A stretch of 23,295 nucleotides of DNA, taken from a virus. Its lineage: Duplodnaviria > Heunggongvirae > Uroviricota > Caudoviricetes. The DNA lies in the IMG/VR virus record IMGVR_UViG_2531839454_000013; one strand, 5' to 3'. The notes beneath the pieces are model-generated. The model saw only the letters and a list, made by a program, of their open reading frames with translations. It searched no databases and had not been told where the DNA came from. Numbering within the stretch: position 1 is the stretch's first letter; each line of letters starts with the position of its first letter. Made by a program: the position numbers and the translations under genes. Positions 7,485 to 17,100 of this stretch are shown here, piece after piece.

Positions 7485-8992
7485 TGGCAATTCTTGATGA
7501 TGTGATTGGCGTTTTTTCACCAGGATGGAAAGCGGCAAGGCTGCGTTCCCGTGCGGTGATCCAGGCTTATGAGGCCGTAAAAACGACGCGGACACATAAA
7601 GCCCGACGGGAGAGCCGAACTGCCGACCAGTTAAGCCAGTACGGGGCCGTGTCGTTACGTGAGCAGGCCCGTTACCTTGATAACAACCACGATCTGGTCA
7701 TTGGTGTATTTGACAAGCTGGAAGAACGGGTGGTGGGGAAAAACGGGATTATTGTCGAGCCACATCCGGTATTACGCAATGGGGCCATTGCCCGTGATCT
7801 GGCAGCGGAGATTCGCACCCGATGGAGTGAATGGTCTGTCAGTCCGGAGGTCACCGGGCAGTTTACCCGTCCGATGCTGGAACGTCTGATGCTGCGTACC
7901 TGGCTGCGCGATGGTGAGGTGTTTGCCCAGATGGTTTCCGGGCGCATAAACAGCCTGACGCCTTCTGCCGGTGTTCATTTCTGGCTGGAGGCGCTCGAGC
8001 CGGACTTTATTCCCATGACCAGTGATGAGAGCAACAGGCTGAATCAGGGCGTGTTTGTTGATGACTGGGGGCGTCCCGAAAAATATCTGGTGTATAAAAG
8101 CCGTCCCGTATCCGGGCGGCAGATGGAAACCAAAGAAGTGGATGCAGAGCGAATGCTGCATCTTAAATTTGTTCGCCGTCTGCACCAGATGCGCGGGACG
8201 TCTTTGTTGTCCGGTGTGCTGATCCGCCTCAGTGCCCTGAAAGAGTATGAAGATTCTGAGCTGACTGCAGCAAGGATCGCAGCTGCTCTGGGGATGTACA
8301 TCCGGAAAGGCGACGGGCAGAGCTATGAACCGGATGGTAATGGCAGCAAGGAGAATGAACGCGAGCTTACCATTCAGCCAGGCATTATTTACGACGATCT
8401 GAAACCCGGCGAAGAAATCGGAATGGTGAAGTCGGATCGTCCCAATCCTAACCTTGAAACTTTTCGTAATGGTCAGTTGCGTGCCGTGGCTGCGGGCAGT
8501 CGTCTGAGTTTTTCCAGTACGGCACGAAACTATAACGGCACTTACAGCGCCCAGCGTCAGGAGCTGGTTGAATCTACTGATGGCTACCTGATCCTGCAGG
8601 ACTGGTTTATTGGTGCCGTCACCCGCCCGATGTACCGTGCCTGGCTGAAACAGGCTGTGGCATCCGGTGTTATCAGGTTACCCCGCGATCTTGACCGTTC
8701 TTCATTGTATACCGCGGTGTATTCCGGACCAGTGATGCCGTGGATTGACCCTGTTAAGGAGGCTGAGGCCTGGAAAATTCAGATTCGTGGTGGAGCGGCG
8801 ACAGAATCAGACTGGGTACGTGCAGGTGGTCGTAATCCGGATGATGTCAAACGTCGGCGCAAGGCCGAAATTGATGAAAACCGCAAGCTGGATCTGGTAT
8901 TTGATACCGATCCGGCCAGTGATAAAGGAGGCAGCAGTGTCGCAACGAAACGACAGGAGCCGCAGCACACCGACGACCAGTCCGAAGAATAA
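7484..8992 (+). CDS. Portal protein (lambda gpB family)
   Basis: ATG at 7484 overlaps the gpW stop (in-frame internal start of track ORF 7412..8992); about 500 aa; position after terminase and gpW. Confidence 0.8.
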   Translation: MAILDDVIGVFSPGWKAARLRSRAVIQAYEAVKTTRTHKARRESRTADQLSQYGAVSLREQARYLDNNHDLVIGVFDKLEERVVGKNGIIVEPHPVLRNGAIARDLAAEIRTRWSEWSVSPEVTGQFTRPMLERLMLRTWLRDGEVFAQMVSGRINSLTPSAGVHFWLEALEPDFIPMTSDESNRLNQGVFVDDWGRPEKYLVYKSRPVSGRQMETKEVDAERMLHLKFVRRLHQMRGTSLLSGVLIRLSALKEYEDSELTAARIAAALGMYIRKGDGQSYEPDGNGSKENERELTIQPGIIYDDLKPGEEIGMVKSDRPNPNLETFRNGQLRAVAAGSRLSFSSTARNYNGTYSAQRQELVESTDGYLILQDWFIGAVTRPMYRAWLKQAVASGVIRLPRDLDRSSLYTAVYSGPVMPWIDPVKEAEAWKIQIRGGAATESDWVRAGGRNPDDVKRRRKAEIDENRKLDLVFDTDPASDKGGSSVATKRQEPQHTDDQSEE

Positions 8993-10964
8993 TTCCTGGT
9001 TCAGGATGCAGGCTGGTCACCAGAGTGACGCGGATATTTATATTTATGACGAGATTGGTTTCTGGGGTGTTACAGCAAAGCAGTTTATCAGTGATCTGAA
9101 TGCACTGGGCGGTATCACCCACATTAATCTCCATATTAATTCACCGGGTGGCGATGTCTTTGAAGGCATCGCCATTTTTAATGCACTGAAAACACATGGT
9201 GCGTCCATTACCGTTTATGTCGACGGTGTGGCGGCGTCAATGGCGTCGGTCATTGCGATGGTGGGAAACCCGGTCATTATGCCGGAAAACTCCTTCATGA
9301 TGATTCATAAACCATTTGGCTTTACGGGCGGTGATGCGGAGGACATGCGCACCTATGCCGACCTGCTCGATAAAGTTGAGGCGGTTCTGTTACCCGCTTA
9401 TGCACAGAAAACCGGGAAAACCACCGATGAAATTGCTGCCATGCTGGCGGATGAGACCTGGATGTCCGGTGCCGAATGTCTGGCACAGGGATTTGCTGAT
9501 CAGGTGACACCAGCCGTTAAGGCAATGGCATGTATTCAGTCAAAACGTACAGAGGAATTTAAAAAGATGCCGGAATCCATTCGAAACATGATTACTCCGC
9601 CACGCAACAGTGCTCCACGCGTACAGGATGATGAACCTGCAGCCTCCCGGACGCCAGTGCAGGCAGCAGCACCCGTGGTGGATGAAAACAGTATCCGTGC
9701 GCAGGTACTGGCAGAGCAAAAAGCGCGTGTAAACGGTATTAATGATCTGTTTGCCATGTTTGGCGGGCGTTATCAGACGCTGCAGGCCCAGTGTCTTGCC
9801 GATCCTGAATGTTCGCTGGAGCAGGCCCGTGAAAAGCTGTTGAACGAGATGGGGCGCGAGTCCACGCCATCCAATAAAAATACCCCGGCTCATATTTATG
9901 CCGGTAACGGTAATTTTGTGGGGGACGGGATCCGCCAGGCGCTGATGGCGCGTGCCGGATTTGAAAAAACCGAACGTGATAATGTCTACAACGGGATGAC
10001 CCTGCGTGAATATGCCCGTATGTCACTAACTGAACGGGGTATTGGGGTTTCCGGTTATAACCCGATGCAGATGGTCGGTGCGGCGTTCACACACAGTACG
10101 TCTGACTTCGGTAATATTCTGCTGGATGTTGCGAACAAAGCCATTCTGCAGGGCTGGGAAGATGCCCCTGAAACCTATGAACAGTGGACGCGGAAAGGTC
10201 AGTTGTCTGATTTTAAAATTGCCCATCGTGTGGGTATGGGGGGCTTCAGTGCTCTGCGTCAGGTGCGTGAAGGGGCGGAATATAAATACGTCACCACCGG
10301 AGATAAACAGGCCACTATTGCACTGGCGACCTATGGCGAGCTGTTCAGTATCACCCGTCAGGCCATTATCAATGATGATCTGAATATGCTGACCGATGTC
10401 CCGATGAAACTGGGCCGTGCGGCGAAATCCACTATTGCCGATCTGGTTTATGCCATTCTGACGTCTAACCCGAAAATCTCCACAGATAATGTAAGTCTGT
10501 TCGATAAAGCGAAACATGCAAACGTACTGGAGAGCGCTGCAATGGACGTGGCATCGCTGGATAAAGCCCGCCAGTTGATGCGCGTTCAGAAAGAGGGGGA
10601 GCGTCATCTGAATATTCGTCCTGCGTTCGTACTGGTACCGACGGCGATGGAGTCTGTTGCTAACCAGGTCATTCGCTCCTCAAGTGTCAAGGGGGCTGAC
10701 ATTAACGCCGGTATTATTAACCCGGTGAAAGATTTTGCGACCGTTATTGCAGAGCCTCGTCTTGATGATAACAGCCAGACCACCTTCTACCTGGCTGCGT
10801 CAAAAGGCTCCGATACGATTGAAGTGGCTTATCTCAACGGTGTGGATACGCCATATATTGATCAGATGGAGGGCTTCAGTGTGGATGGCGTGACAACGAA
10901 AGTGCGTATTGACGCCGGTGTCGCGCCAGTTGATCACCGCGGTCTGGTGAAATGTACGGCGTAA
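8937..10964 (+). CDS. Fused prohead protease (ClpP/S14-like), scaffold region and major capsid protein in one ORF
   Basis: N-terminal ClpP-like segment (DIYIYDEIGFWGV...INSPGGDVFEGIAIFNALK...VDGVAASMASVIAM), central helical scaffold-like region, C-terminal capsid-like domain of about 350 aa. Likely GTG start at 8937 with RBS AAGGAGG, about 56 nt inside the portal 3' end; alternative ATG at 9006 (track ORF starts 8745). Confidence 0.75.
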   Translation: MSQRNDRSRSTPTTSPKNNSWFRMQAGHQSDADIYIYDEIGFWGVTAKQFISDLNALGGITHINLHINSPGGDVFEGIAIFNALKTHGASITVYVDGVAASMASVIAMVGNPVIMPENSFMMIHKPFGFTGGDAEDMRTYADLLDKVEAVLLPAYAQKTGKTTDEIAAMLADETWMSGAECLAQGFADQVTPAVKAMACIQSKRTEEFKKMPESIRNMITPPRNSAPRVQDDEPAASRTPVQAAAPVVDENSIRAQVLAEQKARVNGINDLFAMFGGRYQTLQAQCLADPECSLEQAREKLLNEMGRESTPSNKNTPAHIYAGNGNFVGDGIRQALMARAGFEKTERDNVYNGMTLREYARMSLTERGIGVSGYNPMQMVGAAFTHSTSDFGNILLDVANKAILQGWEDAPETYEQWTRKGQLSDFKIAHRVGMGGFSALRQVREGAEYKYVTTGDKQATIALATYGELFSITRQAIINDDLNMLTDVPMKLGRAAKSTIADLVYAILTSNPKISTDNVSLFDKAKHANVLESAAMDVASLDKARQLMRVQKEGERHLNIRPAFVLVPTAMESVANQVIRSSSVKGADINAGIINPVKDFATVIAEPRLDDNSQTTFYLAASKGSDTIEVAYLNGVDTPYIDQMEGFSVDGVTTKVRIDAGVAPVDHRGLVKCTA

Positions 10965-10987
10965 ACGTCGCAGACAACAACTCTGAT

Positions 10988-11007
10988 GGCCCGTAAGGGC
11001 TTTTTTT
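10988..11007 (+). terminator. Rho-independent terminator after the capsid gene
   Basis: GCCC-GTAA-GGGC hairpin (GNRA tetraloop) followed by T7; a second hairpin CAGCCCC...GGGGCTG at 11019-11037 sits in the 5' leader of the next gene. Confidence 0.55.
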
Positions 11008-11050
11008 GTACCTGAAATCAGCCCCTGAACGGGGCTGTGCGGAGACAGTT

Positions 11051-11374
11051 ATGGCAAAGAATTTTGTAGAAGAAGGAAAAACGGTGGCGATTGTTGCCAG
11101 TGCAGCCATCAGCAGCGGAGATCTGGTGCAGGTGGGCGATGTTTTTGCGGTGGCGCTGACCGATATTCCACAGGGTGAAACAGGCGACGGCATGACCGAA
11201 GGTGTGTTTATGCTGCCTAAGCTGAAAACGGATGACATGAAAACGGGTAAGAAGGTTTATCTGAAGTCCGGAAAAGTTCAGCTGACTAACAGCGGCTCTG
11301 ATCCGCTGGTCGGGGTTGTCTGGGCAGATGCCGGAACCAGTGCAGAAGAAGTGCCGGTAAAACTCAATGTCTGA
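11051..11374 (+). CDS. DUF2190-like phage head protein (possible decoration or cement protein)
   Basis: ATG at 11051 with RBS GGAGAC (in-frame within track ORF 11006..11374); about 108 aa, Gly/Val-rich beta-type pattern; position immediately after the major capsid gene. Confidence 0.5.
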   Translation: MAKNFVEEGKTVAIVASAAISSGDLVQVGDVFAVALTDIPQGETGDGMTEGVFMLPKLKTDDMKTGKKVYLKSGKVQLTNSGSDPLVGVVWADAGTSAEEVPVKLNV

Positions 11375-11642
11375 TCCCTTTTCCCGGCTGGCAGCGCGTA
11401 TGGATGCTATCACGGTTAGAAAGATGGGAAAGACAGCCTCGATTAATGATGTCGATATGACTGTGATCCCGGGAGAAACACTGGCAGAGCTGAATGCTCT
11501 GTCCGGGCCTGCGGTCTCTCTGGTGGTGTTTTCTTCGGGATACCGCCCACGGCGCGGGGATCGCGTTGTTTATGACGGACAACAATGGACGGTCACACGG
11601 CATGAACGTTTTAACGGTAAGCCAATGATCTTTATTGAGTAA
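11367..11642 (+). CDS. Head-tail joining protein, lambda gpFII-like
   Basis: Track ORF, 91 aa; pattern similar to lambda FII from memory (MxDxF..L.A..D...R.MG..A.I ... RRGD); overlaps the previous stop. Confidence 0.55.
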   Translation: MSDPFSRLAARMDAITVRKMGKTASINDVDMTVIPGETLAELNALSGPAVSLVVFSSGYRPRRGDRVVYDGQQWTVTRHERFNGKPMIFIE

Positions 11643-11653
11643 AGAGGTGTGGG

Positions 11654-12232
11654 ATGAAGGGGCTTGAGAATGCCATCCGTAATCTGAACAGCCTTGATAC
11701 CCGTATGGTGCCACAGGCCAGCGCATGGGCGATAAACCGTGTGGCACAGAAAGCGGTCTCGGTCGCCACCCGGCAGGTTGCCGGGAATACCGTTGCGGGA
11801 GATAACCAGGTGAAAGGGATCCCCCTGAAACTGGTACGTCAGCGTGTCCGGGTGTTTAAAGCCAGTCCGTCAGGAAAAATGACGGCCAGGATCCGCGTTA
11901 ACCGGGGCAATCTGCCCGCTATTAAGCTGGGGACAGCCCGGGTCAGACTGGCCCGGCGTGGTGGAAAACTGCAGTACCGTGGCAGTGTGCTGAAGGTGGG
12001 TAAATATCTTTTCCGGGATGCGTTTATTCAGCAACTGGCGAATGGTCGCTGGCATGTGATGCGGCGTATTGATGGCAAAAATCGTTACCCCATTGATGTG
12101 GTGAAAGTCCCGCTGTCCGGACCGCTGACACAGGCATTTGAAGATGCCCGCGACCGCATTATTGCTGCGGAAATGCCGAAACAGCTGGGGTATGCACTGA
12201 AACAACAACTGAGGTTATGGCTGACCCGATGA
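11654..12232 (+). CDS. Z: Minor tail protein Z
   Basis: Track ORF of 192 aa; strong similarity from memory to lambda gpZ (MKGLENA..NL, NGRWHVMRR..GKNRYPIDVVK, LGYAL..QLR). Confidence 0.75.
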   Translation: MKGLENAIRNLNSLDTRMVPQASAWAINRVAQKAVSVATRQVAGNTVAGDNQVKGIPLKLVRQRVRVFKASPSGKMTARIRVNRGNLPAIKLGTARVRLARRGGKLQYRGSVLKVGKYLFRDAFIQQLANGRWHVMRRIDGKNRYPIDVVKVPLSGPLTQAFEDARDRIIAAEMPKQLGYALKQQLRLWLTR

Positions 12233-12630
12233 ACCGACATACACAAATCCGCCAGGCCGTACTGGCACGCCTTCGGGAACAGTGTGGAGACAGCGCCACG
12301 TTTTTTGACGGGCTTCCGGCATTTATTGATGCGCAGGAACTGCCTGCCGTGGCGGTGTGGCTGAGTGATGCTCAGTACACCGGAAAAATGACGGATGAAG
12401 ATGACTGGCAGGCTGTTCTGCATATTGCCGTCTTCATCCGGGCACAGGCACCGGATTCAGAGCTGGATATGTGGATGGAGAGCACCATTTTCCCGGCCCT
12501 GAATGATATACCGGCACTTTCCGGACTCATCGACACCCTGATCCCTCTCGGTTTTAACTATCAACGTGATAATGAGATGGCCACCTGGGCGATGGCGGAA
12601 ATCACGTACCAGATCACGTACACGAATTAA
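12229..12630 (+). CDS. U: Tail terminator protein U
   Basis: ATG at 12229 overlaps the Z stop (ATGA); track alternative is 12217. Similar from memory to lambda gpU (ATFFDG, PAVAVWL, YTG, PDSELD.WMES, IPALS.LI). Confidence 0.75.
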   Translation: MNRHTQIRQAVLARLREQCGDSATFFDGLPAFIDAQELPAVAVWLSDAQYTGKMTDEDDWQAVLHIAVFIRAQAPDSELDMWMESTIFPALNDIPALSGLIDTLIPLGFNYQRDNEMATWAMAEITYQITYTN

Positions 12631-12639
12631 GGAGGTGGA

Positions 12640-13379
12640 ATGACCACACCAAATCCACTGGCAAAACGAAAGGTGCGGGACGACGTTCTGGATGTAACCG
12701 GCAAGGCGATGCGTTTGCGAACCCTTTATCGGACACTGACTGGCTGCGTCTTGCGATGGTGAAGGATCTGCAACCTGGCGAAATGACCGCTGATGCAGAA
12801 GATGACACTTATCTCGATGATGAAGATGCAGACTGGAAAACGACAACCCAGGGGCAGAAATCCGTTGGTGATACTTCGGCGACGCTGGCCTGGCGTCCGG
12901 GTGACAGCGGGCAGAAAAAACTGGTTCAGTTGTTCGACTCCGGTGAAGTCTGCGCGTTTCGTATCAAATATCCCAACGGCACTGTTGATGTTTTCCGTGG
13001 CTGGCTGAGCTCACTGGGTAAAACCATTGCCTCAAAAGACGTGATGACCCGCACAGTGAAAATCAGCGGTGTGGGGCGTCCGTATCTGGCAGAGGAAGGC
13101 ACTGAAACCGTGAGCGTTACCGGGCTGACAGTATCACCGGCGTCTGCCAGTGTAAAAGTGGGAGCAACCACCACGCTGACCTTTACAGTAAAACCTGACG
13201 GAGCCAGTGACAAAGCGATCAGTGTGCATTCGTCAGATCCACAGACTGCCACGGTTACCCTGAACGGACTTGTGGCCACGGTAAAAGGCGTGAAGCAGGG
13301 CAGTGTCAGCATTGTGGGCATGACCGCTGACGGGATTTTTGTGGCTGTGACTGCGGTGACTGTCAGCGCAGCAGGTTAA
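12640..13379 (+). pseudogene. V: Major tail protein V homologue with the 5' ~110 nt out of frame; intact ORF only from the internal ATG at 12756
   Basis: Strong RBS AAGGAGGTGG plus ATG at 12640 opens a frame (MTTPNPLAK...) that stops after about 40 codons. gpV-like blocks appear in three different frames (KGAG; TTFWM; GDAFANPLSD..) before the long ORF 12756..13379, which matches lambda gpV including the C-terminal Ig-like domain. Could be genuine disruption or local sequence error. Confidence 0.5.
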
Positions 13380-13399
13380 CAGGACGATACTCATCATTT

Positions 13400-13423
13400 G
13401 CCCCGGTTATTCGGGGCTTTTTT
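13400..13423 (+). terminator. Rho-independent terminator between V and G
   Basis: CCCCG-GTTATT-CGGGG hairpin followed by T6. Confidence 0.5.
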
Positions 13424-13436
13424 GCAGGTGGAGAAC

Positions 13437-13826
13437 ATGATGTTTCTGAAACAGGACACGTTTAATTATGAAAAACAGTCCGTGGTGCTCAGTGAGCTGT
13501 CCGGGCTGCAGAGAATTGAATATCTGGCGTTTGTTCAGCAGCGAACGGCAAAGTTTGATGCCGAAGAGGGAGAACTGCCGGAGGCTGAACGACAGATTGC
13601 TTTTCTGCGGATGGGGATGGATATCAATGCCTGGCTGGTTTCCCGCTCACTGTGGAATGCGGAACAGTCTCAGGATGTTGAGACGCTTTGCGCATCCGTT
13701 ATTACAACATGGTCGTATGATGCCCTGGGAGCGGGGGCGGAGATGGTTCTGTCGCTGAGCGGTATGGGAGCCATTGAGAATGCCGGGGATTTGGAGCATG
13801 AGGTGCTGACGCCGGAAAAGTCCTGA
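13437..13826 (+). CDS. G: Tail assembly chaperone G
   Basis: ATG at 13437 with RBS AGGTGGAG (in-frame within track ORF 13398..13826). LSELSGLQRIEYLAF resembles lambda gpG LSELSALQRIEHLAL. Confidence 0.7.
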   Translation: MMFLKQDTFNYEKQSVVLSELSGLQRIEYLAFVQQRTAKFDAEEGELPEAERQIAFLRMGMDINAWLVSRSLWNAEQSQDVETLCASVITTWSYDALGAGAEMVLSLSGMGAIENAGDLEHEVLTPEKS

Positions 13827-14164
13827 CGCGGGAAATGCAGTTTGTCATGCGGCTTGCCCGGGAGTTCCGGCGGGCAGACTGGCGGCGGATGCTGTCGGAA
13901 ATGTCGGCCACTGAGCTTGGGGAGTGGGGCGATTATTTCCGGATGCAGAGTTTCAGTGATGTGTGGATGGATGCGCAGTTTGCCTCGCTGAAGGCATTGA
14001 TCGTGAGAATGGTGTCCGGCAGCAGTGATGCTGCGGTAGCTGATTTCAGCCTTTTACCGGAAGAGAACGGGATACCGGAGCGAACGGACGAAGAACTGAT
14101 GCATCTTGGGGAAGGTATTTCCGGAGGTGTGCGTTATGGACCAGATAGCCAACCTGGTCATTGA
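13820..14164 (+). CDS. T: T portion of the G-T tail assembly chaperone, expected to be made by -1 programmed frameshift from G
   Basis: The -1 frame is open from the end of G to 14164 (track ORF 13835..14164). Candidate slippery heptamer GGAAAAG at 13814-13820, two codons before the G stop. G followed by overlapping T then tape measure is the conserved arrangement. Confidence 0.55.
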   Translation, partial: VLTREMQFVMRLAREFRRADWRRMLSEMSATELGEWGDYFRMQSFSDVWMDAQFASLKALIVRMVSGSSDAAVADFSLLPEENGIPERTDEELMHLGEGISGGVRYGPDSQPGH

Positions 14165-17100
14165 TTTGGGGATTGATGCGGCAGAGTTTAAAAATGAAAT
14201 TCCCCGTATCAAAAACCTTCTGAATGGTGCAGCCAGCGATGCAGAACGGTCTTCTGCCCGTATGCAGCGTTTTATGGAGCGTCAGACTCAGGCCGCCCGG
14301 CAGACAACGCAGGCAGCTTCTTCGGCTGCAACAGCCGCATCCGTCCATGCGCAGACGGTGGAGAAGAACGCACAGGCTCATGAACGCATGGCCCGCGAGG
14401 TGGAGAAAACCCGCCAGCGCATGGAGGCACTGAGCCAGAAAATGCGCGAGGAACAGGCGCAGGCCATGGCTCTGGCGGAGGCTCAGGATAAAGCGGCTGC
14501 TGCGTTTTATCGTCAGATTGACAGTGTGAAACAGGCCAGTGCGGGGCTGCAGGAATTACAGCGTATTCAGCAGCAGATCCGACAGGCCAGAAACAGTGGC
14601 GGGATTGGTCAGCAGGATTATCTGGCGCTGATTTCTGAGGTTACTGCGAAAACTCGTGTTCTTACACAGGCTGAGGAAGAGGCTACCCGACAGAAAGTGG
14701 CGTTTATCCGTCAGCTTAAAGAGCAGGCAACCCGCCAGAATCTTTCTTCTTCTGAGTTGCTTCGTGCTAAGGCTGCCCAGCTGGGGGTAAGCAGTGCTGC
14801 AGAAGTGTATATCCGCAAAATGGAGCAGGCAGGAAAAGCCACGCATTCGCTGGGTCTGAAAAGTGCAGCGGCCCGCCAGGAGATAGGCGTTCTGATAGGT
14901 GAACTGGCCCGCGGCAATTTAGGGGCGCTGAGGGGATCCGGGATAACGCTGGCTAACCGTGCCGGATGGATAGACACACTGATGTCACCGAAAGGCATGA
15001 TGCTTGGCGGGGTTATTGGCGGTATTGCCGCGGCCGTCTATGGTCTGGGTAAAGCCTGGTATGACGGTCAGAAGGAGGGGGAAGAATTTAACCGCCAGTT
15101 GTCGCTGACGGGGCATTATGCCGGAGTCACTGCCGGGCAGCTGTGGACGCTCAGTCGTGCTATTTCCGGGAATGGTATCACGCAACATGCTGCAGCCGGT
15201 GCGCTGGCTCAGGTGGTGGGGAGTGGTGCATTTCGTGGAAACGATATCGGTATGGTGGCGAGAGTTGCCGCACAGATGGAGCGATCGGTTGGCCAGTCGG
15301 TCAGCGATACCATAAATCAGTTTAAGCGGCTGAAGGATGATCCTGTAAATGCCGCGAAGGCTCTGGACAATGAGCTGCATTTTCTTACTGCCACTCAGCT
15401 TGAGCAGATACGCGTCCTTGGGGAGCAGGGGCGGTCCAGTGATGCTGCACGGATAGCCATGTCTGCACTGGCAGAGGAAACCGGTCGGCGTACTGCGGAT
15501 ATTGATAATAACCTCAATGCGCTTGGCAGTACGCTGAAGTATCTGTCTGATTTGTGGAGTCGTTTCTGGGATGCGGCCATGAATATTGGTCGTGAAGACT
15601 CGCTGGATGAACAGATTTCCGCTTTACAGGAGAAAGTGTCGCGGGCGAAAAGACTCCCCTGGACGGCATCATCTTCTCAGGTTGAGTACGATCAGCAGCG
15701 TCTTAACGAGCTTCAGAAGAAAAAACGCCAGAAGGATTTGCAGGATGCAAAAGAGCAGGCAGAGCAGAATTATCAGGAGCAACAGAAACGCCGTAATGCT
15801 GAAAATGCTGCACTGAACCGGATGAATGAAACGGAAGCAGCACGACATCAGCGTGAAATTGCGCGTATTAATGCCATGCAGTACGCCGATCAGGCTGTCA
15901 GGGATGCGGCGATACAACGTGAAAATGAACGTTACGAGAAAGCCCTGGCATCCGGTAAGAAAAAAACACGCGAAACCCGTAATGATGAGGCCACCCGGTT
16001 ATTGCTGCAGTACAGTCAGCAACAGGCACAGGTGGAAGGACAGATTGCTGCTGCCAGACAGTCAGCAGGCATTGCCACGGAAAGGATGACAGAAGCGCAT
16101 AAACAGCTTCTGGCTCTGCAGCAGCGCATCAGCGACCTGGACGGGAAAAAACTGACGGCAGATGAAAAGAGTGTGCTGGCCCGTAAAGATGAACTGATTC
16201 AGGCACTGACGCTGCTGGATGTAAAACAGCAGGAGCTTCAGAAACAGACGGCACTCAACGAGCTGAAGAAAAAAACAATTCAGCTGACCAGTCAACTGGC
16301 TGAAGAAGAGCGCGCTCAGCGTCAGCAACATGACCTGGATATCGCCACGGTGGGTATGGGTGATCAGCAGCGGCAGCGATATCAGGTACAACTGAGTCTT
16401 CGCCAGAAATACCAGCAACAGCTGGAGCAGTTGAGGCGGGATAGTGAGCAGAAAGGGACATATAACACGGATGACTACAGAAAGGCCGAGCAGGCGCTGA
16501 CGGAGAGCCTGAACCGACAACTGAATGAGAATCGCCGTTACTGGCAACAGCTTGAAGTTGTGCAGGGTAACTGGAAAAACGGAGTCCTGCGTGCATTTCA
16601 GAATTTTACCGTGGATGCAGATAATACGGCAGGAACAGCAGAACAGGTGTTCTCGTCAGCCTTCAGCAACATGGGAAATGGCCTGGCAACTTTTGTCACT
16701 ACCGGCAAACTCAATTTCAAATCCTTCACCTCTTCTGTGCTGTCAGATATGGCGAAAATCCTGGCGCAGGCAACCATGATGAAATCGATAAAAGGGATTG
16801 GCAGTGTACTGGGATTTGATCTCAGCAGCCTTTCCCTGAATGCCAATGGGGGGATTTATCAGTCTGCTGATTTGAGTCGTTACAGTGGCACGGTGGTTAA
16901 CCGTCCGACGTTTTTTGCTTTTGCAAAAGGCGCGGGTGTGATGGGGGAAGCGGGACCTGAAGCCATTCTGCCATTGCGTCGTGGTGCTGACGGTAAGCTG
17001 GGGGTTGTGGCGGATATTGGGGGGTCAGGTATGGCGATGTTTTCCCCGCAGTACAACATTGAGATCAATAACGATGGCACGAACGGGCAGATAGGTCCGG

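Noticed and set aside
10026-10607. 193-aa minus-strand ORF
   Set aside because: Antisense to the capsid gene; Arg-rich composition typical of a shadow ORF.
16062-16547. 161-aa minus-strand ORF
   Set aside because: Antisense to the tape measure gene; Leu/Gln-rich mirror of the sense frame.
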